Below are positions 1-15,000 of a stretch of 64,000 nucleotides of DNA, one piece after another. Source of the DNA: the human T2T-CHM13v2.0 reference genome, Homo sapiens. A program made the translations under genes and the position numbers. Below the pieces are notes generated by a model. It was given only the letters and a program-made list of their open reading frames with translations, was not told the origin of the DNA and made no database searches. The stretch is from the NCBI RefSeq assembly GCF_009914755.1, contig NC_060937.1. One strand, written 5' to 3'. Every line of letters starts with the position of its first letter. The stretch's first letter is position 1.

Positions 1-3000
1 TCTATTCTAGAATCCTATGTGAGAGACAAACATTACGACCCCAGCAACAGTGTTCTGGAATCCTATGTGAAGGAAAGTCATTCAGACACTCGTACCAGTG
101 TTCTGGAATTCTGTGTGAGGGACAAACATTCTGATGCCCGTAGCAGTGTTCTGTAGTCCTGTGTGAGGGAAAAACATTGAGACCACAGCAGGAGTGTTCC
201 AGAATCCCCTGTGAGGAACAGACATTCAGACCCTCATAGGAGGGTTCTGGAATCCGGTGTGACGGACAAAAATCTAGACCCCAGCAGCAGTGTTCTGGAA
301 TCCTATGTGAGGGACAAACACTCAGAACCCTGCAGCAGTGTTCTGAAACCCTATGTGAGAGATAAATATTCCGACGACAGGAGGATAGTTTTGGAATCCT
401 ATGTGAGGGACAAACACTCAGAAAACAGCAGGAGTGTTCTGGAATCCTAAATGAGGGACAAACACTCAGAAAACAGCAGGAGTGTTCTGGAATCCTAAAT
501 GAGGGACAATCTTTCAGATCGTCATAGCAGTGTTCTACAATTTTGTGTGAGGGACAAACATTCACACCCCAGCAGAAGTGTTGTGGAATCCTAAATGAGG
601 GACAAACATTCAAACCCTCATAGGAGTGCTCTGGAATAGTGTGTGACGGAGAAACTTTTAGACTCCAGCAGCAGTGTTCTGCAATCCTTTGTAAGGGAAA
701 AACAATCAGACCCTCACAGCTGTGTTCTGGAATCCCATGTGATGGACAAACACTCAGAACCGAGCAGCAGTGTTCTGTAACTATATGTGAGGGGCAACCA
801 TTCAGAACACAGCAGGATTGTTCTGGAATCCTACATGAGGGACTGACACTCAGAGCACAGCAGGCGTGTTTTGGAATCCTATGTGAGGGACAAACATTCT
901 GACACTCATAGCAGGGTTCTGGAATCCTACGTGAGTGACAAACATTCAGACAATCTTAGCAGTGTTCTGGAATACTATGTGAGGGACAAACATTCAGACA
1001 CTCGTAACAGTGTTTTGGAATACTATGTTGCAGACAATCATTCGTATGCTCGTAGCAGTGTTCTGGAATCCTGTGTGAAGGACAAACATTCAGACCACAG
1101 CAGGATTGTTCTGGAATCCCCAGTGAGGAACAAACGTTCAGACCTTCATAGCAGTGTTCTGGAATTCTATGTGACGGACAAACATTTAGACCCCAGCAGC
1201 GGTGTTCTGAAATCCTATGTTAGTGACAAACATTCAGACCCTTGTAGGAATGTTCTGGAATCTATGTGAGGGACTTGCTTTAAGACCACAGCAGGAGTGT
1301 TCTGGAATCTCATGTGAGGTACAAGCATTTCCACTCTCATAGCTGTGTTCTGGAATCCTATGTGATGAACAAACATTTAGACCCCAGCAGCAGTGTTCTG
1401 GAATCCTACGTGAGGGAAAAACATACAGACCATCATAGCAGTGTATTGGAATCCTGTGGGAGGGACAAACATTCAGACAATCGAAGCAGTGTTCTGGAAT
1501 CCTAAGAGAGAGACAAATATTCAGAACACAGAAGGATTGTTCTGGAATCCTATGTGAGGAGCAAACACTCAGAACACAGCAGGAGTGTTGTGGAATCCTA
1601 TGTGAGGGACAAACTTTGAGACCCTCGTAGTAGTGTCCTGGAATCCTATGTGAGGGACAAACATGCAGACAATTGTAGCAGTGTTCTGGAATCCTATGTG
1701 ATCGACAAACCTTCGAACAACAGTGGAAGTGTTCTGGAATCCTATGTTATGGACACACATTCAGAACCTTGTGGCAGTGTTCTGGAATTCTATTTGAGAG
1801 AGAAACATTCAGAGCCCAGCAGCAGTTTTCTGGAATCCTATGTGATGAACATACATGCAGACCACAGCAGCAGTGTTCTGGAATCTTATGTGAGGGACAA
1901 ACATTCAGACAATTGTAGCAGTGTTCTGGAGTCCTCCGTGAAGGACAAACATTCGGAACCCAGCAGCAGTGTTCTGGAATCCAATGTGAGGGACAAACAT
2001 ATAAATCACGGGGGGGGAGTTTTCTGGAATCCTATGTTACGGACAAACATTCAGAACCTCGTCGCAGTGTTCTGGAATTCTATGTCAGGGAGAAACAGCC
2101 AGAACACAGTAGCAGGGTTTTGGAATCCTATGTGACGGACACACATATAGACCCCAGCAGCAGTGTTCTGGGATCCTATGTGAGAGACAAACATTCAGCA
2201 CCTCGTCACAGTGTTCTCGAATCCTATGTGAGGGACAATCATTCAGATCCTCGTAGCAGTGTTCTGGAATTCTGTATGAGATACAATCATTCAGACCCTC
2301 GTAGCAGTGTTCTGGAATCCTAAGTGTGGGACAAATATTCAGACAATAGTAGTAGTGTCCTGGAAATCTATGTGAGGGACACACATTCAGACCCTCTTAG
2401 GAGTGTTCTGGAATCTTATATGAGAGACAAACATTCAGACAATCGTAGCAGTGTTCTGGAATCCTCGGTGAGGGACAAACATTCGGAACCCAGCAGCAGT
2501 GTTCTGGAATCCAATGTTATGGACAAACATTCAGAGACTCCTCGCGGTGATCTGGAATTCTATGTGATGGAGAAACACTGAGAAACCAGCAGTATTGTTC
2601 TGGAATCTGATGTGACGGACATACATTTAGACCAGAGCAGTAGAGTTGTGGAATCCTATATTGGGGCAAACATTCAGTCCCCAGCAGCATTGTCCTGCAA
2701 TCCTTTGTGAGGGACAAACATTCAGAACCCAGCAGCAGTGTTCTGGAATCCTATGTGAGGCACCATCATTCAGACCCTCGAAGCAGTGTTCTGGAATTTT
2801 GTGTGAGGGGCAAACATTCAGACCCTCGTAGCAGTGTTCTGCAATCCTGTGTGAGGTACTATTATTCAGATGATGGCAGGAGAGTTCTGGAATCCCCTGT
2901 GAGGAACAAACATTCAGACCCTCCTAGCAGTGTTCTGTAACCCTATTTGAGGGACAGATATTCAGACGACAGCAGGGTTGTTCTGGAACCCTATGTGGGG

Positions 3001-6000
3001 GACAATCACCCAGAACACATCAGTAGTGTTTTGGAATCCTATCTGAGGGACAAACATTCAGACCCTAGTAGCACTGTTCAGGAATCCTATGTGAGGGACA
3101 AACATTCAGACAATCGTAGCATTGTTCTGGAGTCTTATGTGAGGGACAAACATTCAGACCCCAGCAGCATTGTTCTGGAATCCTATGTGGGGTTCAAACA
3201 TTCAAACAACAGCGGGATTGTTCTGGAATCCTATGTTACGGACAAACATTCAGACCATCGTAGCAGTGTTCTGGTATTCTATGTGAGGGAAAAACACTGA
3301 GAATACAGCAGCAGTGTTCTGGAATCCGATGTGTGGGACAAACATTCAGACCCCAGCAGCAGTGTTCTTTAATCCTATTTGAGGGACAATCATTCAGACT
3401 CTCATAGCTGTGTTCTGGAGTTCTGCATAAGGGACAATCGTTCAGACCCACGTAGCAGTGTTCCGGAATTCTGTGTGATGGAGAAACCTTAATTACTTCA
3501 TAGCAGTGTTATGGAAGCCTATCTGTGGGACAAACATTCAGACCACAGCAGGAGTGTTCTGGAACACTAAGTGTTCTCAAATCCTATGTGAGGAACAAAC
3601 ATTCAGACCCTCGCAGCAATGTTCTGGAATCCTATGTGACGGACAAACATTTGGACTGCAGCAGCAATGTTCTGGAATCCTATGTGAGGGACAAACTTTC
3701 AGAAAATCGTTGCAGTGGTCTGGTATCCTAGGTGAGGGACAAACATTCAGAACCCAGCAGCAGTGTTCTGGAATCCAATGTGAGGGACAAACATTCAAAC
3801 AACAGAGGGAGTGTTTTGCAATCCTAGGTAAAGGACAAATATTTAGACAACAGGAGCAGTGTTCTGGAATCCTGTGGGAAGGACAAACATTAGGACCCTC
3901 AGTATAGTGTTCTAGAATCTTATGTGAGAGAAAAACATTGAGACAATCATAGCAGTGTTCTAGAATCCTTTGTGACGGACAAATATTTAGACCCCAGCAG
4001 CATTGTTCTGGAATCCTATGTGAGGGACGAACATTAAAATCACAGCGGGAATGTTCTGGAATCCTTTGTTACGGGCAAACATTCAGATCCTCGTCGCAGT
4101 CTTCTTGAATTACATGTGAGGGAGAAACACTCAGAACCCACCAGCAGTGTTCTGGAATCCTTAGCGACAGACATACATGCAGACATCAGTAGCAGTGCTC
4201 TGGGATCCTATGTGAGGGACAAACTTTCAGACGGCAGCAGCAGTGTTCTGGAATCCTGTGTGAGGGACAATCACTCAGACCCTCGTAGCTGTGTTCTGGA
4301 ATTCCGTGTGATGGACAAACATTCAGACCCTCATAGCAGTGTTCTGGAAACCTATGTGAGGGACAAACATTCAGACCACAGCAGGCATGTTCTGGAATCC
4401 TCTGTGAGGAAGAAACATTCAGACCCTCGTAGCAGTGTTCTGGAATCCTATATGACAGACAAACATTTAGACCCCAGCAGCAGTGTTCTGGAATCCTGTG
4501 TGAGGGACAAACATTCACACCCTCGGAGCAGTGTTCTAGAATCCTATAAAGGGACAAACACTCAGAACCCAGCAGCCGTGTTCTGGAACCATATGTGAGG
4601 GACAAACACTGAGAACACAGCAGGATTGTTTTGGAATGCTATGTGATGGAGAAACATTCAGGCACTCGTAGCAGTGTTCTGGAATCCTAAGTGAGGGACA
4701 AACATTCAGACAATCGTAGCAGTGTTCTGGAATCCTATGCTAGGGAAAAACATTCAGACCCCAGTAGCAGTGTTCTGGAATCCTATGTGAGGGAAAAACA
4801 TTCAAACAACAGCGGGAGTGTTCTGAAATAGTATGTTACTGACAAACATTCAGACCCTTGTCACAGTGCTCTGGAATTCAAGTGAGGGGGAAACACACAG
4901 AACCCAGCAGCTGTGTTCTGGAATCCTGTGTGACGGACATACACATAGACCCCAGCAGCGGTGTTCCGGAATCCTATGTGACGGACAAACATTCAGACTC
5001 CAGCAGCAGTGTTCTGGAATCCTCTGTGAGGGACCATCATTCAGACTCTCGTAGTAGTGTTCTGGAATTCTGCGTGAGGGGCAAACATTCAGACCATCGT
5101 GGCAGTGTACTGGAATCCTGTGTGAGGGATAGTCATTCCGAACACAGCAGGAGTATTCTGGAATCCCCTGTATGGAAAAAACATTCAGACCCTAGCAGCA
5201 GTGTTCTGGAATCCTATGTGAGGGACAAACATTTAGACCCCAGCAAAAGTGTTCTGGAATCCTGTGTGAGGGACAAACATTCAGACTTTCGTAGCAGAGT
5301 TCTGGAATCCTATCTGAGGGGCAAACACTCAGAAACCAGCACCAGTGTTCTGGAACCCGATGTGAGGGACAAACATTCAGACCACAGCAGGATTGCTTTG
5401 GGATCCCATGTGTGGGAAAAACAGAAAACAGCGGGAGAGTATTGGAATCCTATGTGAGGGACAAAACATTCAGACCCTCTTTGCAGTGCTGCGGAATCCT
5501 ATGTGAGGGACAAACTTTCAGAAAATCACAGCAGTGGTCTGGAATCTTATGTGAGAGACAAACATTCAGAACTCAGCACCAATGTTCTGGAATCTTATGT
5601 GAGAGACAAACATTCAGAACTCAGCACCAATGTTCTGGAATCCTATGTGAGAGACAAACATTCATACAACAGCGAGAGTGTTCTGCAATCCTAGGTAATG
5701 GACAAACATTTAGAAACCAGCAGCAGTGTTGTGGAATCCTATGAGAGGCACAAACATTCAGACCTTAGTAGAGTTATTCTGGAATCCCATGTGAGGGACA
5801 AACATTCAGAACCTCGTCGCAGTTTTCTGGAATTCTGTGTGAGGCAGAAACACTCTGAACCCAGAAGCAGTGTTCTGGAATCCTCTATGACAGACACACA
5901 TGTAGACCTCAGCAGCTGTGTTCGGGAATCCTATGTGAGGGACAAGCATTCAGACCGCAACAGCATTATTGTGGAATCCCAAGTCAGGGACAATCATTCA

Positions 6001-9000
6001 GACCCTCGTAAGAGTGTTCTGGAATTTTGTGTGAGAGACAAACATTCAGACACTCATAGCAGTGTTCTGGAAAGCTATGTGAGGGAGAAACATTCAGACA
6101 ACAGTAGGCGTGTTCTGGAATCCCCTGTGAGGAAAAACATTCATACCCTCGTAGCAGTGTTCTGGAATCCTATGTGATGGACAAACATTTAGACCCCATC
6201 AGCAGTGTTCTGGAATCCCGTGTGAGCAAAAAACATTCAGACGCTAGAAGCAGTGTTCCGGAGTCCTATGTAGGAACAAACACTCAGAACCCAGCAGCAC
6301 TGTTCTGGAACGCTATGTGAGGGACAAAGATTCAGACCACAGCAGGATTATACTGGAGTCCTATGTGAGGGACAAACACTCAGAACAGAGCAGGAGTGTT
6401 TTGGAATCCTATGTGTCAGACAAACATTCAGACACTCATAGCAGTGTTCTGGAATCCAATGCAAGAGACAAACTTTCAGACCACAGCAGCAGTGTTGTGG
6501 AATCCTCTGTGAGGAACAAACTTTCAGAATATCGTAGCAGTGTTCTGGAATCCTATGTGAGGGACAAACATTGAGATCCCAGCAGCAGTGTGCTGGAATC
6601 CTATGTGAAGGACAAACATTCAAACAACAGCGAGAGTGTTCTGGAATCCTAACAAGTAGACAAACATTTAGACACCAGCAGCAGTGTTCTGGAATCCTAT
6701 GTGAGGAAAAACATATTCAGACCCTCGTAGGGTTATTCTGGAATCCTATATGAGGAACATATATTCAGACCCTCATAGGATTATTCTGGAATCCTATGTG
6801 ATTCAGACACCAGGAGCAGTGTTCTGGAATCCTATGTGTGAGACAAACATTCAAACAACAGTGTGAGTGTTCACGAATCCTATGTGACGGACAAACATTC
6901 AGACCTTCCTCGCAGTGTTTGGAATTCTATGTGAGGGAGAAACACTCAGAACCCAGCAGGAGTGCTCTGGAATCCTATCTGACGGACATACATGTAGACC
7001 CCAGCAGCAGTGTCCTCGAATCTCATGTGAGGGAGAAACATTCAGACCCCAGGAGCAGTGTTCTGGAATCCTATGTGAGGACAATGATTCAGGACCTCGT
7101 AGCAGTGTTCTGGTATTCTGTGTGAGGTACAAACTTTCAGACTCTCTTACCACTGTTCTGCAATCATGTGTGAGAGAAAAACATTCAGACCCACAGCAGG
7201 AGTGTTCTGGAATCACCTGTGAGGAACAAACATTCAGATCCTCCTAGCACTGTTCTGGAATCCTGTGTGACGGACAAACATTTAGACGCCAGCAGCAGTG
7301 TTCTGGAATCCTAATTGCGGGACAATCATTCAGACCCTTGTAGCAGTGTTATGGAATCCTTTGTGAGGGACAGACATTTAGAACCCAGCGACAGCATTCT
7401 GGAACACTATGTGAGTGAGAAACATTCAGACCACAGCAGGATTGCTCTGGAATCCTATGTGAGGGACTAATATTCAGACCTTCGTAGCAGTGTTCTGGAA
7501 TCCTAAGTGAGGGACAAACATTCAGACAACCGTAGCAGTGTTCCGGAATCCTATGTGAGGGACATTCATTCAGACGTTCGTAGCTGCGTTGTGGAATTCT
7601 GTGTAAGAGCCATATATTGAGATCCTCAAAGCCGTGTTCTGGAATCCTACGTGAGGGACAAACATTCAGACCACAGGAGGATTGTTCTGGAATCCTCTGT
7701 GAGGAAAAAACATTCAGACCCTCGTAGCAGTGTTCTGGAATCCTATGTGAGGGACGAACCTTTAGACCCCAGCAGCAGTGCTCTTGAATCCTACGTGAGG
7801 AAAAAACATTCAGACACTCGTAGCATTGTTCTCGAATCACATGTGAGGGACAAACATTCAGATAATCTTAGCCATGTTCTGGAATCCTATGTGAGGGACA
7901 AATATTCAGACCCCAGCAGCGTTCTGGAATCCTATGTGAGGAACAAACATTCAAACAACAGCGGGAGTGTTGTCGAATCCTATGTAACAGACAGACTTTC
8001 AGAACCTCGTCGCAGTGTTCTGGAATTCTGTGTTAGAGAGAAACACTCAGAAACCAACAGGAGTGTTCTGGAATCCTATGTGATGGACATACATGTAGAC
8101 GCCAGCAGCAGTGTTCTTGAATCATATGTGAAGACAAACATTCAGATCTCAAAAGCAGTGTTCTGGAATCCTCTGTGAGGGTCAATCATTCAGACCCTTG
8201 TAGCAGTGTTCTGGAGATGTTTGTGAGGGAGGAAGCTTCAGACCCCCATAGCAGCGTTCTGGAAGCCTATATGAAGGACAAACATTCGGACTAGAGCAGG
8301 ATTGTTCTGGAATCCAATGGGAGGAACAAATATCCGGACCCTCGTAGCATAGTTCTGGAATCCTATGTGACGGACCAACATTTAGAGCCCAGCAGCAGTG
8401 CTCTGGAACCTCAAGTGAGGGACAAACATTCAGACACTCAGTGCAGTGTTCTATAATCCTATATGAGGGACAAACATTGAAACAATCGTAGTAGTGTTCA
8501 GGAACCTATGTGACGGACAAACATACAGACCCCAGCAGCAGTGTTTTCGAATCCTATGTGGGGGACAAACATTCAAACAACAGCAAGAGTGTTCTGGAAT
8601 CCTCTGTTACAGAGAAACATTCAGATCCTCGTCGCAGTGTTCTGGAATTCTAACTGAGGGAGAAACACTCTGAACCCAGCAGCAGTGTTCTGGAACCCTA
8701 TGTGACAGACATACATGTAGACCCCAGCAGCAGTGTTCTGGAATCCTATGTGAGGGACAAATATTCAGACAGCAGCCGTAGTATTCTGGAATCCTATGTG
8801 AAGGATAGTCATTCAGACCCTCATAGCAGTGTTCTGGAATTCTCTGTGTGGGACAAACATTCAGACCCTCATAGCAGTGTTCTGGAATCCCCGGTGAGGA
8901 ACAAACATTCAGAGCCTCATATCAGTGTTCTGGAATCCTATGTGACGGACAAACATTAAGTCCCCAGAAACAGTTTTCTGGAATACTGTGTGAGGAACAA

Positions 9001-12000
9001 ACATTCAGACCCTGGTAGTAGTGTTCTGGAATCCTATGTGAGAGACAAACACTCAGAACCCAACAGCAGTGTTTTGGAACCCTATGTGAGGGTCAATCAT
9101 TCAGGCCACAGCAGGATTATGCTGGAGTCCTATGTGAGGGACACTCAGAACATAGCAGGAGTGTTTTGGAATCCTATGTGAGGGAAAAACTTTCAGACAC
9201 TCGTAGCAGTGTTCTGGAATCCTATGTGGGAGACAAACATTCATACAATCTTAGCAGTGTACGGGAATTCTTTGCGAGGGACAAACATTCAGACCCCAGC
9301 AGCAGTGTTCCAGAATCCTATGTGAGCTATAAACATTGATACAACAGTGGGAGTGTTCTGGAATCCTATGTTATGGACAAACATTCAGACCCTCGTCACA
9401 GTGTTCTGGAATTCTATGTGAGGGAGAAACACTCAGAACCCAGCAACAGTGTACTGGAATCCTATGTGACGGACATACATGTAGACCCGAGCAGCAGTGT
9501 TCTGGAATACTATGTGAGGGACAAACATTCATAACACGGCAGGAGTGCCCTGGAATCCTATGTGAGGGAAAACATTCAGACAATCGTAGCAGTGTTTTGG
9601 AATCTTATGTGAGGGACTAACTTTCAGACCCCATCAGCAGTGTTCTGGAATCCTATATGAGGGACAAAACATTCAAACTACAGAGGCTGTGTTCTGGAAT
9701 CCTAAGTTATGGACAAAAATTCAGATCCTCTCCGCAGTGCTCTGGAATTCTATTTGAGGGAGAAACAATCAGAACCCAGCAGCAGTGTTCTCGAATCCTA
9801 CATGAGGGACATACATTCAGACCACAGCAGCAGTGTTCTAGAACCCTATGTGAGGGACAAGCATTCAGACCGTCGTAGCAGTGTTCTCGAATTCTGTGTG
9901 AAGGACAAAGATTCAGACCATCAGAGCAGTGTTCTGGAATCCTTTGTGAGGGACAAACATTCAGACCACAGCAAGAGTCTTCTGGAATCCACTGTGAGGA
10001 ACAAACATTCAGAACCTCATAGCAGTGTTCTGGAATCCTATGTGATGGACAAACATTTAGACCTCAGAAGCAGTGTTCTGTAATCCTGTGAGAGACAAAC
10101 ATTCAGACACTCGTTGCAGTGTACAGGAATCCTGTGTGAGGGAAAAGAACTCAGAACCCAGCAACAGTGTCCTGGAACCCTATGTGAGGGACAAACATTC
10201 AGGCCACAGCAGGATTGTTCTGGAATCCTACGTGAGGGACAAACACTCAAACACAGCGGGAGTGTTTTGGAATCCAATATGAGGGAGAAACATTCAGACC
10301 CTCATAGCAGTGTTCTGGAATCCTATGTGAGGGACAAACATTCAGAAAATCGTAGCCATGTTCTGGAATCTCAAGAAAGGGAAATAAATTCAGACCCCAG
10401 CAGCAGTGTTTTGTAATCCTATGTGAGGGAGAAACATTGAACCAAGATCGGGAGTGTTCTGCAATCCCTGGTTATGGACAAATATTCAGAACCTCGTCTC
10501 AGTGCTCTGGAATTCTATGTGAGGTAGAAACAGTGAGAACCCAGCAGCAGTATTCTGGAATCCTATGTGAGGGAAAATCATTCAGACCCCAGCAGGAGTG
10601 TTCTGGAATCCTATGGGAGGGACAATCATTCAGACAATCGTAGCAGTGTTCTGGAATCCTATGTGAGGGGCAAACATACAGACACTTGTAGCAGTGTTCT
10701 GGAATCCTATGTAAGTGACAAATATTCAGACCCTTGTAGCATTTTTCTGGAATCCTATGTGAGGGACAAACATTGAGACAATCGTAGCTGTGTTCTCGAA
10801 TCCTATGTGAGGGAGAAACATTCAGACTACAACAGCAGTGTTCTGGAATCGTATGTGAGGGACAAACATTCCAACAACAGAGTGAGTGTTCTGGAATCCT
10901 AAGCTACGGACATACATTCAGAAATTCGTCTCAGTGATCTGGAATTCTATGTGAGGGTGAAACACTCAGAAACCGGCAGCAATGTTCTTAAATCCTATGT
11001 GACAGACATACATGTAGACGGTAACAGCAGTGTCCTGTAATTCTGTGTGATGGAAAAACATTCAGACACTCATAGCAGTGTTCTGGAATCCTATTTGAGG
11101 GACAAACATTCAGACCACAGCTGGAGTGTTCTGCAATCCCCTGTGAGTAACAAATATTCAGATCCTAGTAGCAGTGTTCTGGAATCCTATGAGGGACAAA
11201 CATTCGGATCCTCTTAGCAGTGATCTGGAATCCTATGTGAGGGTAAATCATTCAGAACCTAGTTGCGGTGTTCTGGAATCCTATATGAGGGACAAACATT
11301 CGGATCCTCTTAGCAGTGTTCTGGAATCCTATGTAACGGACAAACATTAAGACCCCAACTGCAACTGCAGTGTTCTGGAATCCCATGTGAGGGACAAGCA
11401 TTCAGACCCTTGTAGCAGTGTTCTGGATTCCTATGTGAGGGAGAAACACTCAAAACCCAGCAACAGTGTTCTGGAACCCTATGTGAGGGACAAACATTCA
11501 CACCACAGCAGGATTGTTCTGGAATACTATGTGAGGGACAAACACTCAGAACATAGCAGGAGTGTTTTGGAATCGTATGTGAGGGACAAACATTCGGATC
11601 CTCTTAGCAGTGTTCTGGAATCCTATGTGACGGACATACATGTAGAACCCAGCAGCAGTGTTCTGAAGGCCTATGTGAGGGACAAACATTCAGACCCCAG
11701 GAACAGTCTTCGGGAATCGTATGTGAGGGTAAATCATTCAGAACGTCGTAGCAGTGTTCTGGAATTCTGTGTGAGGGACAAACATTCAGACCACAGCAGC
11801 AGTATTCTGGAATCCTATGTGAGGGAAAAACATTCAAACAACTGCAGGTGTGTTCTGGAATCCTATGTGAGGGAAAAACATTCAAACAACTGCAGGTGTG
11901 TTCTGGAATCCTATGACAAGGAAAAACATTCAGACCCTCCTCGCAGTGTTCTTGAATTCTATGTGAGGGAGAAACACTCCGATTCCTGTAGCAGTGTTCT

Positions 12001-15000
12001 GGAACCCTATGTGACAGACCTACTTGTAGACTCCAGCAGCAGTGTTCTGGAACCCTATGTGAGGGACAATCATTCCGACCCTCGTGGCAGTGTTCTGGAA
12101 TTTTGTGTGAGGGATAAACATTCAGACCCCAGCGCGAGTGTTCTGGAATCCCACGTGAGTGACAAGCATTCAAAAAATCTTAGCAGTGTTCTGGAATCCT
12201 ATATGAGAGACAAACTTTCAGACCCTCGTAGCAGTATTCTGGAATCCTATGTGGGGGCAAACATTCAATCATAGCAGTGTTCAGGAATCCTATGTGAGGG
12301 ACAAACATTTAGACTGTCGTAGCAGTGTTCTGGAATCCTATGTGAGGGACAAGCATTGAGACAATCGTGGCAGTGTTCTGGGATCCTATGTGAGGGACAA
12401 ACATTCAGACAATTGTAGCAGGGTTCTGGAATCCTATGTGAGGGACAAACATTCAAAAAACAGAGAGAGTGTTCTGGAACCCTATGTTACGGACAAACAT
12501 TCAGACAATCGTAGCAGGGTTCTGGAATCCTATGTGAGGGACAAACATTCAAAAAACAGAGAGATTGTTCTGGAACCCTATGTTACAGACAAACATTGAG
12601 ACCATCGTTGCAGTGTTCTGGAATTCCCTGTGAGGGACAAAAACTCGGAACCCAGCGGCAGTGTTCTGGAATTCCCTGTGAGGGACAAAAACTCGGAACC
12701 CAGCGGCAGTGTTCTGGAATCCTATGTGAGGGACAAACATTCAGACTCCAGCAGCAGTGTTCTGGAATCCCATGTGAGGCACAATCATTCAGACCATCAT
12801 AGCCGTGTTTTGGAATTCTGTGTGAGGGGCAAACATTCAGACCGTCGTAACAGTGTTCTGCAATCCTGTGTGAGGGAAAAACATTCCGACCACAGCAAGA
12901 GTGTTCTGGAATCCCCTGTGAGGAACAAACATTCCGACCCTCATAGCAGTGTACTGGAATCTTATCTGTTGGACAAATATTTAGAACCCAGCAGCAGTGT
13001 TCTGGAATCCTATGTGAGTGACAAACACTCAAAACATAGCAGGAGTGTTTTAGAATACTATGTGAGGGATAAACAATCTGACCTTCACAACAGTGTTCTG
13101 GAATCCTGAGTGAGGGATAAACATTCAGACCCTGATAGCAGTGTTCTGGAATCCTATGTGAGGGACAAACATTCAGACCACAGCAGGACTGTTTTGGAAT
13201 TCCCTTTGAGAAACAAACTTTTAGACCCTCATAGCTGTGTTCTGCAATCCTGTGTGTGGGACAAAATTTCAAAACCTCGTAGCAGTGTTCTGGAATCCTA
13301 TGTGAGGTACAAACATTCAGACAATCGTAGCAGTGTTCTGGAATCCCATGTGAGGGACAAACATGCAGACCCTCGTAAGAGTGTTCTGGAATCCTATGTG
13401 AGAGACAAACATTCAGACAATCGTAGCAGTGTTCTGGAATCCAATGTTAGTGACAAAGTTTCAGACCCCAGCAGCAGTGTTCTGGAATCCTATTTGAGGG
13501 ACAACCATTCAGACACTTTCAGCAGTGTTCCAGAATCCTGTGTCAGGGACAAACATTTTGACCACTGCAGGACTCTTCTGGAATCCCTTGTGGGGAACAA
13601 ACATTCAGACCCTCGTAGGTGTGTTCTGTAATCCTATGTGACTGACACACATTTAGACCACAGCAGCAGTGTTCTGGAATCCCATGTGAGGGACAAACAT
13701 TCAGACACTCGTAGCAATGTTCTGGAGTCCTGTGTGAGGGACAAAAATTCAGGCCACACCAAGAGTGTATTGGAATCCCCTGTGAGGAACAAACATTTTG
13801 AACCTCCTAGCAGTGTCTGGAATATTATCTGACGGACAAACATTTAGACCCCAGCAGCAGTATTATAGAATCTCATGTGAGGGACAATATTTCAGAACGT
13901 CATAGCAGTGTTCTGGAATATTATATGAGTGAAAAATATTCAAACATCCTCGGGAGTGTTCTGGAATCTTATGTCACGGACAAGCATTCAGACCCTCGTC
14001 GCAGTGTTCTGGAATTCTATGTGAGGGAGAAACACTCAGAACCCAGCAGCAGTGTTCTGGAATCCTATGTGAAGGACATACATGTAGACCATAGCAGCAG
14101 TGCTCTGGAATCCTTTGTGACAGACAAACATTCAGACCCCAGCAGCAGTGTTCTGGAATCCTGTGTGAGGGACAAACATTCAGACCCCAGCTGCAGTGTT
14201 CTGGTATCCTATGTGATGGACAGTCATAAAGACCCTCGTAGCAGTGTTCTGGAATTCTTTGTGAGGGACAAACATTCAGACATTCATAGCAGTGATGTGG
14301 AATCCCATGTGAGTGACAAACATTCAGACCACAGCAGAAGTGTTCTGGAATCCCCTGTGAGGAACAAACATTCAGACTCTCGTAGTAGTGTTCTGGAATC
14401 CTATTTGAAGGACAAACATTTAGGCCCCAGCAGCAGGGTCCTTGAATCCTATGTGAGGGACAAATATTCAGACCCTGGTAGCACTGTTCTGGCTTTCTTT
14501 CTGAGGGACAAACATTCAGTCCACAGCAGGAGTGTTCTGGAATCCTAAGTGAGGGACAAACATTCACACCCTCGTAGCAGTGTTCTGGAATCCTATGTGA
14601 GGGACAAACATTCAAATAAATACTTGAGTGTTTTTGAATCCTATGTTACGGACAAACATTCAAACCCTCGTCGCAGTGTTCTGGAATTGTTTGTGAGTGA
14701 GAAACACTCAGAAACCAGCAGCAGTGTTCTGGAATCCTATGTTTCGGACATAAATGTAGACCCCAGCAGCAGTGTTCTGGAATCCTAAGTGAGGGACAAA
14801 CATTCAGACCCTAGCAGCAGCATTCTGGAATCCTATTGAGGGACAAAAATTCTGACCCTCATCTCAGTGGTCTGGAATTCTAGGTGAGGAAGAAACTCAG
14901 ACAATCGTAGCAGTGTTCTGGAATCCTATGTGAGGGGCAAACATTCAAACAACAGCGGGAGTGGTCTTGAATCATATGTTATGGACAAACACTCAGACCC

